DNA of 44,747 bases from Octopus bimaculoides. Its lineage: Eukaryota. Both the position numbers and the translations under genes were made by a program. Below, in pieces: positions 13,101 to 24,846 of this stretch (position 1 is the stretch's first letter; each line of letters starts with the position of its first letter). The notes below the pieces were generated by a model that was not told where the DNA came from, ran no database searches, and was given only the letters and a program-made list of their open reading frames with translations. Where the stretch lies: assembly GCF_001194135.2 (NCBI RefSeq), contig NC_068985.1:8294654-8339400 (forward strand). Reading direction: 5' to 3'.

Positions 13101-14769
13101 TAAAACTTTATGTGCAAAAATCTATCTGTAAAATTTCATTAAAGAATATGCATATTTCAAAATGTCATGAAGAAATGAAATTGGATTGAAATGAAATGTA
13201 TCTCCNNNNNNNNNNNNNNNNNNNNNNNNNNNNNNNNNNNNNNNNNNNNNNNNNNNNNNNNNNNNNNNNNNNNNNNNNNNNNNCTGTATGCATGTATATA
13301 TATATATAACTATTAGGTAATATATTTTCAAATCGTCTTCACATTACTGTCCTTTAGTCATGTCTATTTCATTTTCCACAAAACGTGGTGATATCCAAGT
13401 GAACAAATTCCTTCTCTTGTTGACTCCTATTCATTACTTACCACTGTGGAAATGATTTACCGTCAAGCCACCGTCGTATTCTTTCCAATTCTTTCCAATA
13501 ATTTTTCTGGTTTTGTAACTTTTGTTAAAAATCCTTACATCATTCAAACTTATGTTAATTGCCAATCTTCCAGATTTGTAGAATATCGACTTTCTAATGT
13601 ATAGCCTTTACCAGAATTTCTATAACTCTGGGTAACGCCCTTTTGCTCTACATTTTACTAGAGCTTACTGGATTTTGGTTGTAATAGTTTCAAGGCATAC
13701 TAAATCAGTTTGGGGCAAATTGCAGCCTGCGTGACTTCCTGAATGACACGCCTCGACGAAAACTTAACTTGAATTATTTTAGTGTGGCCCGCTCGATGAA
13801 GAGCCATGTCTCAGGTGGTTTGATTCTCAATAAATTTTATCCATGCCTGTTCTAGATGTTCATAGCTTTCTGGTCTACGTAAAGTAATCCATCGAAGGCG
13901 AAGATGACTCAATGCGTAATTAGATAATATAAGAAACAGTACATTTATGGAGCTGTACAGTTTCTTTCATCCACTCAAATTTCGAAATTCTCTGACAAAA
14001 AATGCCCTACTGGAGCTATGTCTTGTATTTTTGGAACGACAGAATTTATTGAATATGATTTGTGATGAATTGGTGTCAGTCTTATAAAAATCCTTATCTA
14101 CCTTAATTATTTGTTAGTTCGACACTTTTCCTTCCATTTTCCTTAGCTTTCTTTACCTGTCAAGCAAGTTAGCGAGAGCGGCGGCGTTCACGTGCCACGC
14201 CCAAAATACATTTGGCTTAGTCTTCTGTAACATACATACATTTTAGAAAGAAAGAAAGAAAAAAAACGGGCCCCGTACGAACCCTCAACGATTTACTTAA
14301 TTTATTTTGACTGGAAATTAATATATGATAATTTAATTTTTAATTGGTGGCAAATTAATTTTCTTACGTAGACAAATTTCTTCGCTGTTTCTGGATATTA
14401 GAAAAGTGAGCAAAATTCCTCTCTCTACTTCGTTTGAAATCAAATTTGTCTTTGATACTTTAGGAGTTTATTTAAAATGTACCAGTCTAAGACAGTGGAT
14501 TGGCGAATCTAATAAAATCGAGCTGGATATTTTGCGCTCTGAGTTCAAAGCACTCAATATTCTTACGTGGGTGGCCTGTTTAATGTCGCAGTGTGACACA
14601 TTGGGAGATTTTTATGTTGCAAGCATTTGGTTTCAGGGTATCTTCCTCACTCCCTCCACCATTTTTAAACTTCTCCAAAGGGTCATCTACCCTCCCGACG
14701 AAAAGATAAAAGAAAAAGTGCGCCTTTTACATTATATTTCAGACATAAAAATATATTTCGCTAAATATC

Positions 14770-14923
14770 ATAGGCGTGGCTGTGTGGTAAGAAGCTTACA
14801 ACAACATGGTTCCGGGTTCAATCCCACAGTATGACAACTTGAGCAAGTGTCTTTTGCGATAGCCTCTGGCTGACCAAGGCCTTGCGAGTGGATTTGGTTG
14901 CCAGAAACTGAGAGAAGCCTATC

Positions 14924-14935
<12 letters not shown>
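14770..14935 (+). mobile_element. SINE family B, 5' half
   Basis: ggcgtggctgtgtggtaagaagctt...cttgagcaagtgtc...agaagcctatcg followed by (AT)n. Confidence 0.8.
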
Positions 14936-14963
<28 letters not shown>

Positions 14964-15584
14964 TGTTAGAATATTATACACTGAATTTATAATGTGTGCT
15001 CTTTGTATAAAATGTCAAAAATATTAATACTATAAAGTATTTAGACATTAATACGAGCGATTATATATTCTTTGTTTTGAAATAATAGATTGAAATTCAA
15101 TATCAAAAAAAGTTCTTCACGAAGATATATATGTCTAAAATAGTATTGTATTAAAAATATATGTAAATATATGAAACATGACCGCTTAAAAATTTGTTAA
15201 TTAGAAGAATGGCTTTAATTAATGATACATATTGAGCTCTCTATTTAGAAAGAGCACTTAAAACTGAATGTATTAGGTATGGAAAAGCAGTATCTGGGAA
15301 TTTCACTTAAAGATATACCGATTCCTTGTAAGGACACATATTTATTATCCTTTTTTCCAAAAACCAATAACTTAATAAAACGAATGAGATGGAAGGCATT
15401 CTTCTAATTAACAATTTTTTAAACTGTCATGTTTCATATATTTACATATATTTTTAATACAATACTATTTTAGACATATATACCTTCGTGAGGAATTTTT
15501 TTGATATTGAATTTCATACTATTATTTCAAAATACAGTATATATATTGTTAAGGTTTAGTCGTTTTAAATGGAGCATATATTCT

Positions 15585-15775
15585 TTCCTACTCGAGGCAA
15601 AATGCTCGAAATTTTTAGGGAGGAGGTCAGTCGATTAGATCGACTTAATTTATCGACCCCGAAGGGATGAAAGGCAGAGTCGACCTCGGCGGAATTTGAA
15701 TTCAGAACGTAAAGACAGACGGAATACCGCTAAGCATTTCGATCGGCATGTTCACGTTTCTACCATCTCCCCGCC
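15585..15775 (-). mobile_element. SINE family C
   Basis: Reverse complement of the family seen at 31513 and 33009. Confidence 0.8.
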
Positions 15776-15999
15776 TTTAAAATTGAGCATATATTATGAT
15801 ATAAATAATAGATAATCATAGTTATTATTGAAAAAGACTTATGTGTGTCGCTCTTCTCCGTATTTACAGCCTTCGGGTTTGTTTGCAAATTCATAAACAT
15901 ATATAAATATATGATAATGTAGGCGGCGGTAAGTAATGTGGACCAAAAAGGAAAACTATATGACTGATGGTGTTAGAAACGCCTATATTGCTAGAAGTA

Positions 16000-17291
16000 A
16001 CAGCTATATATATATATGGAGGAGAGGGAGTGGCATTGCGTCTGTGTTTGTCCTCCACCAGCGCTTGACAAACGGTGTTGGTGTTTTTGCGTCCCCATAG
16101 CTTAGTGATTCGACAAAAAGCAACCGATAGAATAAGTACCAAGGTTTACAAAATAAATTGTAGGATCGTTTCGTTCGACTAAAATTCTTCAGGGCGGTAA
16201 AAAATACAGACAGGTCGACACATCACATGTCCATGTATACTATCTCATCATTAGTAATCGCCAAAATGGATTAATAAGCGATTACTTCTATTGACAGCAG
16301 CAATAGGGAGATTGTTAATTACGATGTTCATACTTTCTTAATCCATTGCCTGCCATGAGCCCCATTTGCGGATCTGCTAAAAGCAGACTCACTGCCGGTT
16401 GTTCGCTGTATTTAAAGTGAACTGATACCATAGTTTCAAACAGAAAAAAATAAATAAATAAATAAATAAAAATGTTTATTATTGCAATTGAATAGAAAAG
16501 AATAAATATGCTTTTGTTTTTCAGCTATTCCCATCTGGGACTTTTCAAATTTTTCATAATTTCCAAAGTAATTCACATATGAAGAAAATTTAAATACTAT
16601 ATATTATTTTAATTCCTAAGATACCTGGCAAAGCCATAAACTATGAATAAAATAAATAGTTCATTGGCTGATAATCAGTGTTATTTACTTCTCCACTCTA
16701 CACCACTCCTTGAAATAGATCCGGTTTTAGAAATAATACTTAGATATTCTTCTATTTACTCATTAGATAATAAAATCATTATCTGATAAAAAAGAATGAA
16801 AGGAGAAAAATATCTAGGAGTGGGTGTGTGATAAAAAGTTTGTTTCCCAGCCACATGCTTCCGGGCGAGTGTCTTCTTCTGTAGTCTGGGAGCGACTAAA
16901 GCCTTGTGCGTGGATTTTGTAGGAGAAAACTGAAAGAGGCCCGATGTGTATGTCATGTCTTAACAGCCCCTACCGTTTTCACTGTCCTCTTTTTGTTATT
17001 AACTTTGACCCTCCGCAAATCCCAAATTTTTTGTAATTTGCTTTGCGGCAGCAACTGTTTTGACGAAGGCACATCTTGTCATAAATGCTCGAAATTTAGA
17101 GTAGATAAAACAGCCAACAACTGATGAAAGGTCGTTCTTCATGTTGCTTATCTTGTTTTCCATTTGTTTCTTTCATTGTTCACAAAAGAAAAAGAAAAGT
17201 TCGCATTCCATGTTTCTGTATTTCACATTTCATGTTGTTTACGTTCGATTACGACCTGTACTCATATATGTATATACATATATAAATATGT

Positions 17292-17339
<48 letters not shown>

Positions 17340-17865
17340 GCGAGTGTGTGTGTGTGTGTTTGTCCCCAATCATCGCTTGAAAAAAGGCGTTGGTGTGATT
17401 ATGTCCCCATAACTTATGTCCCCATAAGTACTAGGCTTACAAAGAATAATGCGTCCTGGGGTTAATTTGTTCGACTAAAGGCGGTGCTCTAGTAGGGCCA
17501 CAGTCAAATGATTCAAACAAATAGAAGAATACTAGGCGGACCACGCCCATTAGAAACAAACTCTCTCTTCTCCCTTCTCCTCTCTCTCCCCTCCTCTTCT
17601 TATCTTTGTTTAGTATGTGTGTGTGTGAGTGTATGGTGTATGCATGTGTGAGTATCTGTGTGTGGGAGATGTTTGTCTCCTCAACATCACTTGACAACCA
17701 ATGCTGGTGTATTTACGTCACCCGTAATCTAGCGGTTCGGCAAAAGAGAACCGATAGAATGAGTACTAAGCTTACAAAGAATATTCCTGGGGTCGATTTT
17801 TTTCGACTAAAAGGCGAGGCTCCAGCATGGCCGCAGTCAAATGACTGAAGCAAGTAAAAGAATAG
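16000..17865 (+). mobile_element. Cluster of SINE family B fragments (16000-16195, 16815-16945, 17340-17530, 17650-17865)
   Basis: Repeated matches to the family B head or tail. Confidence 0.75.
16960..17200 (+). repeat. Dispersed repeat, related to 22900-22975 (minus) and 23630-23890
   Basis: accctccgcaaatcccaaatttt...ttgctttgc recurs inverted at 22900-22975. The same order of TGACGA...GAAA...CTGATGA motifs occurs at 23750-23820. Confidence 0.55.
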
Positions 17866-18647
17866 TAGACGGGCCACGCCAATTAGAATCAAACTCCGTC
17901 CTCTCCCTTTTCCTCTCTCACTCTCCTCCTCTTCTTACGTCTGTTTANNNNNNNNNNNNNNNNNNNNNNNNNNNNNNNNNNNNNNNNNNNNNNNNNNNNN
18001 NNNNNNNNNNNNNNNNNNNNNNNNNNNNNNNNNNNNNNNNNNNNNNNNNNNNNNNNNNNNNNNNNNNNNNNNNNNNNNNNNNNNNNNNNNNNNNNNNNNN
18101 NNNNNNNNNNNNNNNNNNNNNNNNNNNNNNNNNNNNNNNNNNNNNNNNNNNNNNNNNNNNNNNNNNNNNNNNNNNNNNNNNNNNNNNNNNNNNNNNNNNN
18201 NNNNNNNNNNNNNNNNNNNNNNNNNNNNNNNNNNNNNNNNNNNNNNNNNNNNNNNNNNNNNNNNNNNNNNNNNNNNNNNNNNNNNNNNNNNNNNNNNNNN
18301 NNNNNNNNNNNNNNNNNNNNNNNNNNNNNNNNNNNNNNNNNNNNNNNNNNNNNNNNNNNNNNNNNNNNNNNNNNNNNNNNNNNNNNNNNNNNNNNNNNNN
18401 NNNNNNNNNNNNNNNNNNNNNNNNNNNNNNNNNNNNNNNNNNNNNNNNNNNNNNNNNNNNNNNNNNNNNNNNNNNNNNNNNNNNNNNNNNNNNNNNNNNN
18501 NNNNNNNNNNNNNNNNNNNNNNNNNNNNNNNNNNNNNNNNNNNNNNNNNNNNNNNNNNNNNNNNNNNNNNNNNNNNNNNNNNNNNNNNNNNNNNCGTGCA
18601 TACGCGTATCTGTTTAAGAAGCTTGCTTTGCCACCACAGTTCAATCC

Positions 18648-18687
<40 letters not shown>

Positions 18688-18742
18688 CGCGCGTGTAAGT
18701 GTGTGCGTATGTGTATATGTATGCTTGTGTGTGTATGTGTGT

Positions 18743-18769
<27 letters not shown>

Positions 18770-18773
<4 letters not shown>

Positions 18774-19200
18774 GAAGCGCGAGCTTATTGACCAGAGTGC
18801 TCTGCTCGCGAAGGTAAGATCGTCAGTTAGATTCCGGGCTTGTCTCCTTGAGCAAGATACTTTATTTCATATTGCTCCAGTGCACTCAGCCGGCAAAAGC
18901 ATGTAGTACCTGGGATGCAAAGGGCCACTCGTGTCACGTTCTCTGTCACACTGAATCTCCCTGGGAACTACGTTAAGGTGCATATATGTGTTTGTGTATT
19001 TGTGTGTCTGTGTTTGTTCCCCTAACTTTCCTTTGACAACCGATGTTGGTGTGTTTACGTCCCTGTTCGGCAAAAGAGAACCGATAGAATAAGTACCAGG
19101 TTTACAAAGAATAAGACCTGGGGTCGATTTGTTCGACTAGAGGCGATGCTCTAGCATGGCCGCAGTCAAAATGACTGAAACAAGTAAAGGAGTAATAAAG
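18770..19200 (+). mobile_element. Chimeric SINE: family D head and core, family A-type segment, family B tail
   Basis: Decayed tRNA head, ccttgagcaagatactttatt..ctccagtgcactcagc core, gtcacactgaatctccctgggaactacgttaagg (shared with A), then the family B tail. Confidence 0.65.
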
Positions 19201-19221
19201 TAAAGACAAAAAAGTATATAT

Positions 19222-19880
19222 AGGTGTAGGAGTGGCTGTGTGGTAAGTAGCTTGCTTACCAACCACATGGTTCCGGGTTCATTCCCACTGCGTGACACTT
19301 TGAGCAAGTGTCATCTATTATAGCTTCGGGCCAACCAAAACCTTGTGAGTGGATTTGGTAGTCGGAAGCTGAATGAAGCCCGTCGTATATATATATTTAT
19401 ATATATATATATATATATATNNNNNNNNNNNNNNNNNNNNNNNNNNNNNNNNNNNNNNNNNNNNNNNNNNNNNNNNNNNNNNNNNNNNNNNNNNNNNNNN
19501 NNNNNNNNNNNNNNNNNNNNNNNNNNNNNNNNNNNNNNNNNNNNNNNNNNNNNNNNNNNNNNNNNNNNNNNNNNNNNNNNNNNNNNNNNNNNNNNNNNNN
19601 NNNNNNNNNNNNNNNNNNNNNNNNNNNNNNNNNNNNNNNNNNNNNNNNNNNNNNNNNNNNNNNNNNNNNNNNNNNNNNNNNNNNNNNNNNNNNNNNNNNN
19701 NNATATATATATATAGGTGCAGGAGTGGCTGTGTTCTAGGTAGCTTGCTTACCAACCACATGGTTCCGGGTTCAGTTCCACTGCGTGGCATCTTGGGCAA
19801 GTGTCTTCTACTATAGCCTCGGGCCGACCGAAGCCTTGTGAGTGGATTTGGCAGACGGAAACTGAAAGAAGCCCGTCGTA
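19222..19880 (+). mobile_element. Two SINE family B 5' halves (19222-19390, 19715-19880) separated by a gap
   Basis: Both match the family B head and end in microsatellite. Confidence 0.8.
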
Positions 19881-19894
19881 TATATGTATATATA

Positions 19895-19944
<50 letters not shown>

Positions 19945-20993
19945 TGTCTTCCTATCTGTATGGAATGGTACAATTTACTTTCAGTTCATAGTTTTTCTAA
20001 TTCTCTTGAGGTCAAATACTCGTTAGGAAAGCCGAAGCCGTATAACATATATATTAACCATCAAAATATGCCATTATTTAGGGAAATAGAAAGCATTTAA
20101 TTTCCTCATTTAACTGCACATGCAATCACTGATAAGTAGATATTTCAACATGTTCATTGTGATCCTAAATACTGAATGTAACAGAGCTGAATATTCTTGC
20201 ATCAAACGTAATTTTAAAATTATTATGCATAAGAATCTAATTTAATAGTATTGTCACTTCCATGTCAGAAAGGATAGAATGTCTGTATTACAAGAGCGTA
20301 ATTCCTACTCCAGGCAAGGTAGAAGCTATTTGATATGAAGTTTTAGTGTCTGAGAATGTGATTATTGAATGACTGACTTTTAGTTCAATGAAAACGATTC
20401 TTTTTTTTTCTTTTAAATAAATGCCCAATTTTCAGTGTGACTAAATCAGACTAGCACGCGCACACACGCACACACACACACGCACACACNNNNNNNNNNA
20501 CACACACACACACACACACACAAGACTAGGATTCAATGATTCAATGTAGATTGTTAATCTATGATCCAGTATCTGAATATAGGGAGACACACCCGCTTGT
20601 ATATTTTCTCGTAGTGAAATTTCGCCCACGAATATCTTTGAGTCATTATCAATAAGTTTCCTGTGAGAAGTAAAGTTCACCGATGAGTCACAACTTTTGA
20701 GCCAAGGACTCAGAGTCACACGCTGTTCCTCACTTCCCTTATGACACAATCAATGTATCAACCAAGCACATTAGTGTCACTTTTTCTTCTTACAATATAT
20801 TCTATAAACTTACTCAAAAGCACAAATACATATTTCTGGTACAGCCATTTTCTTTTTCTATCCTTCACCGGGTTATTGATAAGTTTGAAAATTTCATCAC
20901 ATACAACAATGTATTTTCTAATTCTTACGGATGCCCCTGTCCCCGGGTCGGGTGGTTGGACTCTCCGCATCAGAAACGCTCCTTTAGCCTTAT

Positions 20994-21613
20994 ACTCTTT
21001 TACACTTTTACTCTTTTACTTGTTTCACTCATTTGACTGCGGCCATGCTGGAGCACCGCCTTTAGTCGAGCAAAACGACCCCAGGACTTATTCTTTGGAA
21101 GCCTAGTACTTATTCTATCGTTCTGTTTTGCCGAACCGCTAAGTTACGGGGACGTAAACACACCACCATCGGTTGTCAAGCGATGGTGGGGGGACAAACA
21201 CAGACACAAACACACATAACATACATACATATACATATATACGGCGGGCTTCTTTCAGTTTCCGTCTACCAAATCTACTCATAAGGCTTTGGTCGGCCCN
21301 NNNNNNNNNGCCTAGTACTTATTCTATCGTTCTGTTTTGCCGAACCGCTAAGTTACGGGGACGTAAACACACCACCATCGGTTGTCAAGCGATGGTGGGG
21401 GGACAAACACAGACACAAACACACATAACATACATACATATACATATATACGGCGGGCTTCTTTCAGTTTCCGTCTACCAAATCTACTCATAAGGCTTTG
21501 GTCGGCCCGAGGCTATAGTAGAAGACACTTGCCCAAGGTGCCAGGCAGTGGGACTGAACCCGGAACCATGTGGCTGGTAAGCGAGCTACTTACCACACAG
21601 CCATTCCTACGCC
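20994..21613 (-). mobile_element. SINE family B, full length, with an assembly duplication around the 10-N gap
   Basis: Reverse complement of family B. About 21102-21299 is repeated at about 21310-21508. Confidence 0.85.
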
Positions 21614-22448
21614 TATAATAACCATTTTTTTTTTCTATCCGACTCTCCACATCAGAAACGCTCCCTTAGCTTTATGTTAACTCTCATCGTATCAAAAGTG
21701 TTCTAACCATGAACTTCTCATTTCATTTTATATTTCACATTATTTGACATGACTTTTGTTAAGTAGAAAAAGTGGGGGAATTGAAGTAAATTTGGCGGTA
21801 ATTTCTAACTGACAGAGTTACTAAGTTGTAGGCGCCTTTTCATTGACTAAAGAGATAAACAATTTAAACAGCAGGTGGTGTGGTTCTCTTAAGATAATCT
21901 TGTTTGTCGACCCACTCCGCTTTACTCATTGTTTTGCTCAACTGCTGAAACAGCAAAATATTACAAACAACCCGGAGATAAAATAGTTAAAACAAACAAA
22001 GAAAGACACTACGATCTTCCCAGTACTTGCGGGTATTTGGTAGTCACTCCCCGCCACCGTTATAGCAGCAACCACCACTACCCCCACCGCCGCCACCAAT
22101 ACACCATTATCTCTATTACTGCCACTATCACACAGCCACAGCCTTTACCACAATAACAACCGCCACCTACTTCTACGACTACTACTACTACTGAGCGCTC
22201 ATCACGGTCGATTGATTTGGTAGAAATAGCAGTCGCAGTTTCCTTAATCCACAATTTTTATATCCTAAAGCTAAATCAGAGAAAGGGGTTGGATCCTATA
22301 GTTTTTTGAAATATGAAAAAGTGTTGATGGTCGTGGTTGCAACGTCTTTGATCATAGTCCTGCCGAATCAGAACAGACTGTTAACAACAGAACTAGTGTT
22401 CCTTTAATAAATCATATCCTCACCACCACCGCCACCACCAACCGCAAC

Positions 22449-22715
22449 GGATCTATTTCAAAACGGGGGCAACATTTTTATGACCGCCCAGCAGTAACTC
22501 TATTGAGCTGAATAGACGTCAGTGATTGGTTGAAATTACAGAAATACGACAACTTTAACATGGAATAACTTGCGAATTCCTTTTTTTTTTTTTTGTTAAG
22601 AAGACTAAGAGTAAAAGATGTTTTATATGACACATTCTACCAGTGTCCCAATTTCAAAGTGTTTCGTTAGTGTTTCGTTAAGAAAATACTGGTGCCCCCG
22701 TTTTGAAATAGATCC
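22449..22715. mobile_element. 267-bp MITE with 23-bp perfect TIRs and 8-bp TSD (Merlin-like ends)
   Basis: GGATCTATTTCAAAACGGGGGCA at 22449-22471, its exact reverse complement at 22693-22715, and accgcaac on both sides (22441-22448, 22716-22723). Confidence 0.9.
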
Positions 22716-23031
22716 ACCGCAACAACAACAACAACAACATAGTCGTTATTATGATGCTTCATATTGTATGTAGTGCCATCGCTCTCTTTCTATACATCCC
22801 AATCAATCACCGACACTTCTTGTTCGTGGCATTATCATCATTCATACTGTTACCAGTAATACAAATAATAACTAACTGCTAAAAACTAACGAGGAGGGAC
22901 TGTCGTTCCTGCAAAGCAACTTAAATAAAATTTGGGATTTGCGGAGGGTTAAGTTGGTAACAAAAACAGGACAGTAATATAATATAATACATATATATAT
23001 ATATATACAGTCTGTTAAAGTCTGTCATACC

Positions 23032-23071
23032 GGCCATGACGAAGGGAAATAGCCCTGAAACTCGAGTCGCC
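23032..23071 (+). ncRNA. Minimal type I hammerhead ribozyme motif (Penelope pLTR type)
   Basis: GGC-C(A)UGACGA-AGGG-aaauag-CCCU-GAA-ACUCGAGU-C-GCC: stem II of 4 bp, palindromic stem III, GUC triplet, stem I of 3 bp. One core deviation. Confidence 0.65.
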
Positions 23072-24678
23072 TTTATATATTTATATTTATATATTTATAT
23101 ATTTGATCCTTTATATTGAACACTCAATATTTCATCTACATTCAATACTTTCTTTCATGGTGCCATCCATTTTTATTTTATTTTATTTTATATTATATAT
23201 TGTATATTATATTATATATTGTATATTCCATATTCTATACCCCACATTGGTTCTGCAGGAATATAAATAAAATATAAAAACAGACAGTGTTGGAACTCTT
23301 TTAAACAAAATAATATATTCCTCTATACACAATCATACAAAAAAAACCCTTTTTTGTATTTATTTTTACTCGCATATATNNNNNNNNNNNNNNNNNNNNN
23401 NNNNNNNNNNNNNNNNNNNNNNNNNNNNNNNNNNNNNNNNNNNNNNNNNNNNNNNNNNNNNNNNNNNNNNNNNNNNNNNNNNNNNNNNNNNNNNNNNNNN
23501 NNNNNNNNNNNNNNNNNNNNNNNNNNNNNNNNNNNNNNNNNNNNNNNNNNNNNNNNNNNNNNNNNNNNNNNNNNNNNNNNNNNNNNNNNNNNNNNNNNNN
23601 NNNNNNNNNNNNNNNNNNNNNNNNNNACACACTTCACGTCTGGCTGTACAGCCTTTTTGTTTGTTTATTTCACCGTTTCGTTTTCCTGTCTTGTTTTCCG
23701 TCCGCCACTACCCTCCACGAAAACAATTTAATTTGTGTTCGTGGGAAGAACCATTTTAACGATGCGTACTGCCTTAATTCTTCGAAACGCCGGAGTTTTA
23801 ATGGTGGCAGCTGATGAAGGGGATGTTTCTATGTGGCCTGCTTGTTGTTGCACCTTGTTTACCATTTTGTTCTTGTTCTTTTGCTACGTCATGTACCCAG
23901 TTATGTATTTATATGTACATGTGGATGAACGTATATACATACATGTACATATATATGCATATACTCATATATTGTTTATATATATATATATATATAGATA
24001 TATATATATATATGTATAGGTATCTTTGTAGGTGTGTATGTGTGTGTGTGTGTGTGTGTTGTTCTTACATCTATAAATATGACATTATAACATTAAAAGT
24101 TCCACAGGTGTATTAAAAATTTCCAATTCAATTCACCATTCTAATTCTATTCAGCCACAGTTTACTCAATGTTTTTAACGGACGTGAAACGTTTTAAAGA
24201 AGTGTTGAACATAATAATTTCAATACATCCGGTTTGCTTTGTAACCTGTTTATGTTATTTTAAAGGAAATAGATTTTAATGGGAAAGTTTTGCTATGAAA
24301 TTCTCTTATATTGTCTTTCAAAAAATAATTTTTGTTATACTTTTGAAATCTCTTTCCCCCAGCTATGATTTTATGTGTGCATATGTTTCAGTGTTTGAAT
24401 ANNNNNNNNNNNNNNNNNNNNNNNNNNNNNNNNNNNNNNNNNNNNNNNNNNNNNNNNNNNNNNNNNNNNNNNNNNNNNNNNNNNNNNNNNNNNNNNNNNN
24501 NNNNNNNNNNNNNNNNNNNNNNNNNNNNNNNNNNNNNNNNNNNNNNNNNNNNNNNNNNNNNNNNNNNNNNNNNNNNNNNNNNNNNNNNNNNATATATATG
24601 AGTTTGACCCTCTGGCCGATAACTTCCTAAAAGACCAATGGCTAAAAGAGGTTGAGAAACACAGCCGTAACGCCACAC

Positions 24679-24846
24679 ATTCTGTGTCCGATTAGTATTT
24701 GCGAGGGGAGGTCATCGCTCCCATCCCTAGCCTTACGTCATACATACGGACTCGATTTTCTGGTTGGTTACCTGTCCTCAACGTGTGTTAATTATCAGGG
24801 ATAGGAGCGATGACCTCTCCTCACAAATACTAATCGGACACAGAAT
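24679..24846. repeat. Long inverted repeat (50-bp arms, 68-bp spacer), probable MITE or foldback
   Basis: 24679-24728 and the reverse complement of 24797-24846 differ at 3 positions. Confidence 0.85.

Noticed and set aside
14406-14834. 142-aa plus-strand ORF as a gene
   Set aside because: GTG start, no recognisable domain, and its end reads through a SINE.
21102-21508. Apparent 200-bp tandem duplication (similar cases near 10080-10200 and 28050-28146)
   Set aside because: Identical copies flank 10-N gaps, typical of unmerged contig overlaps.
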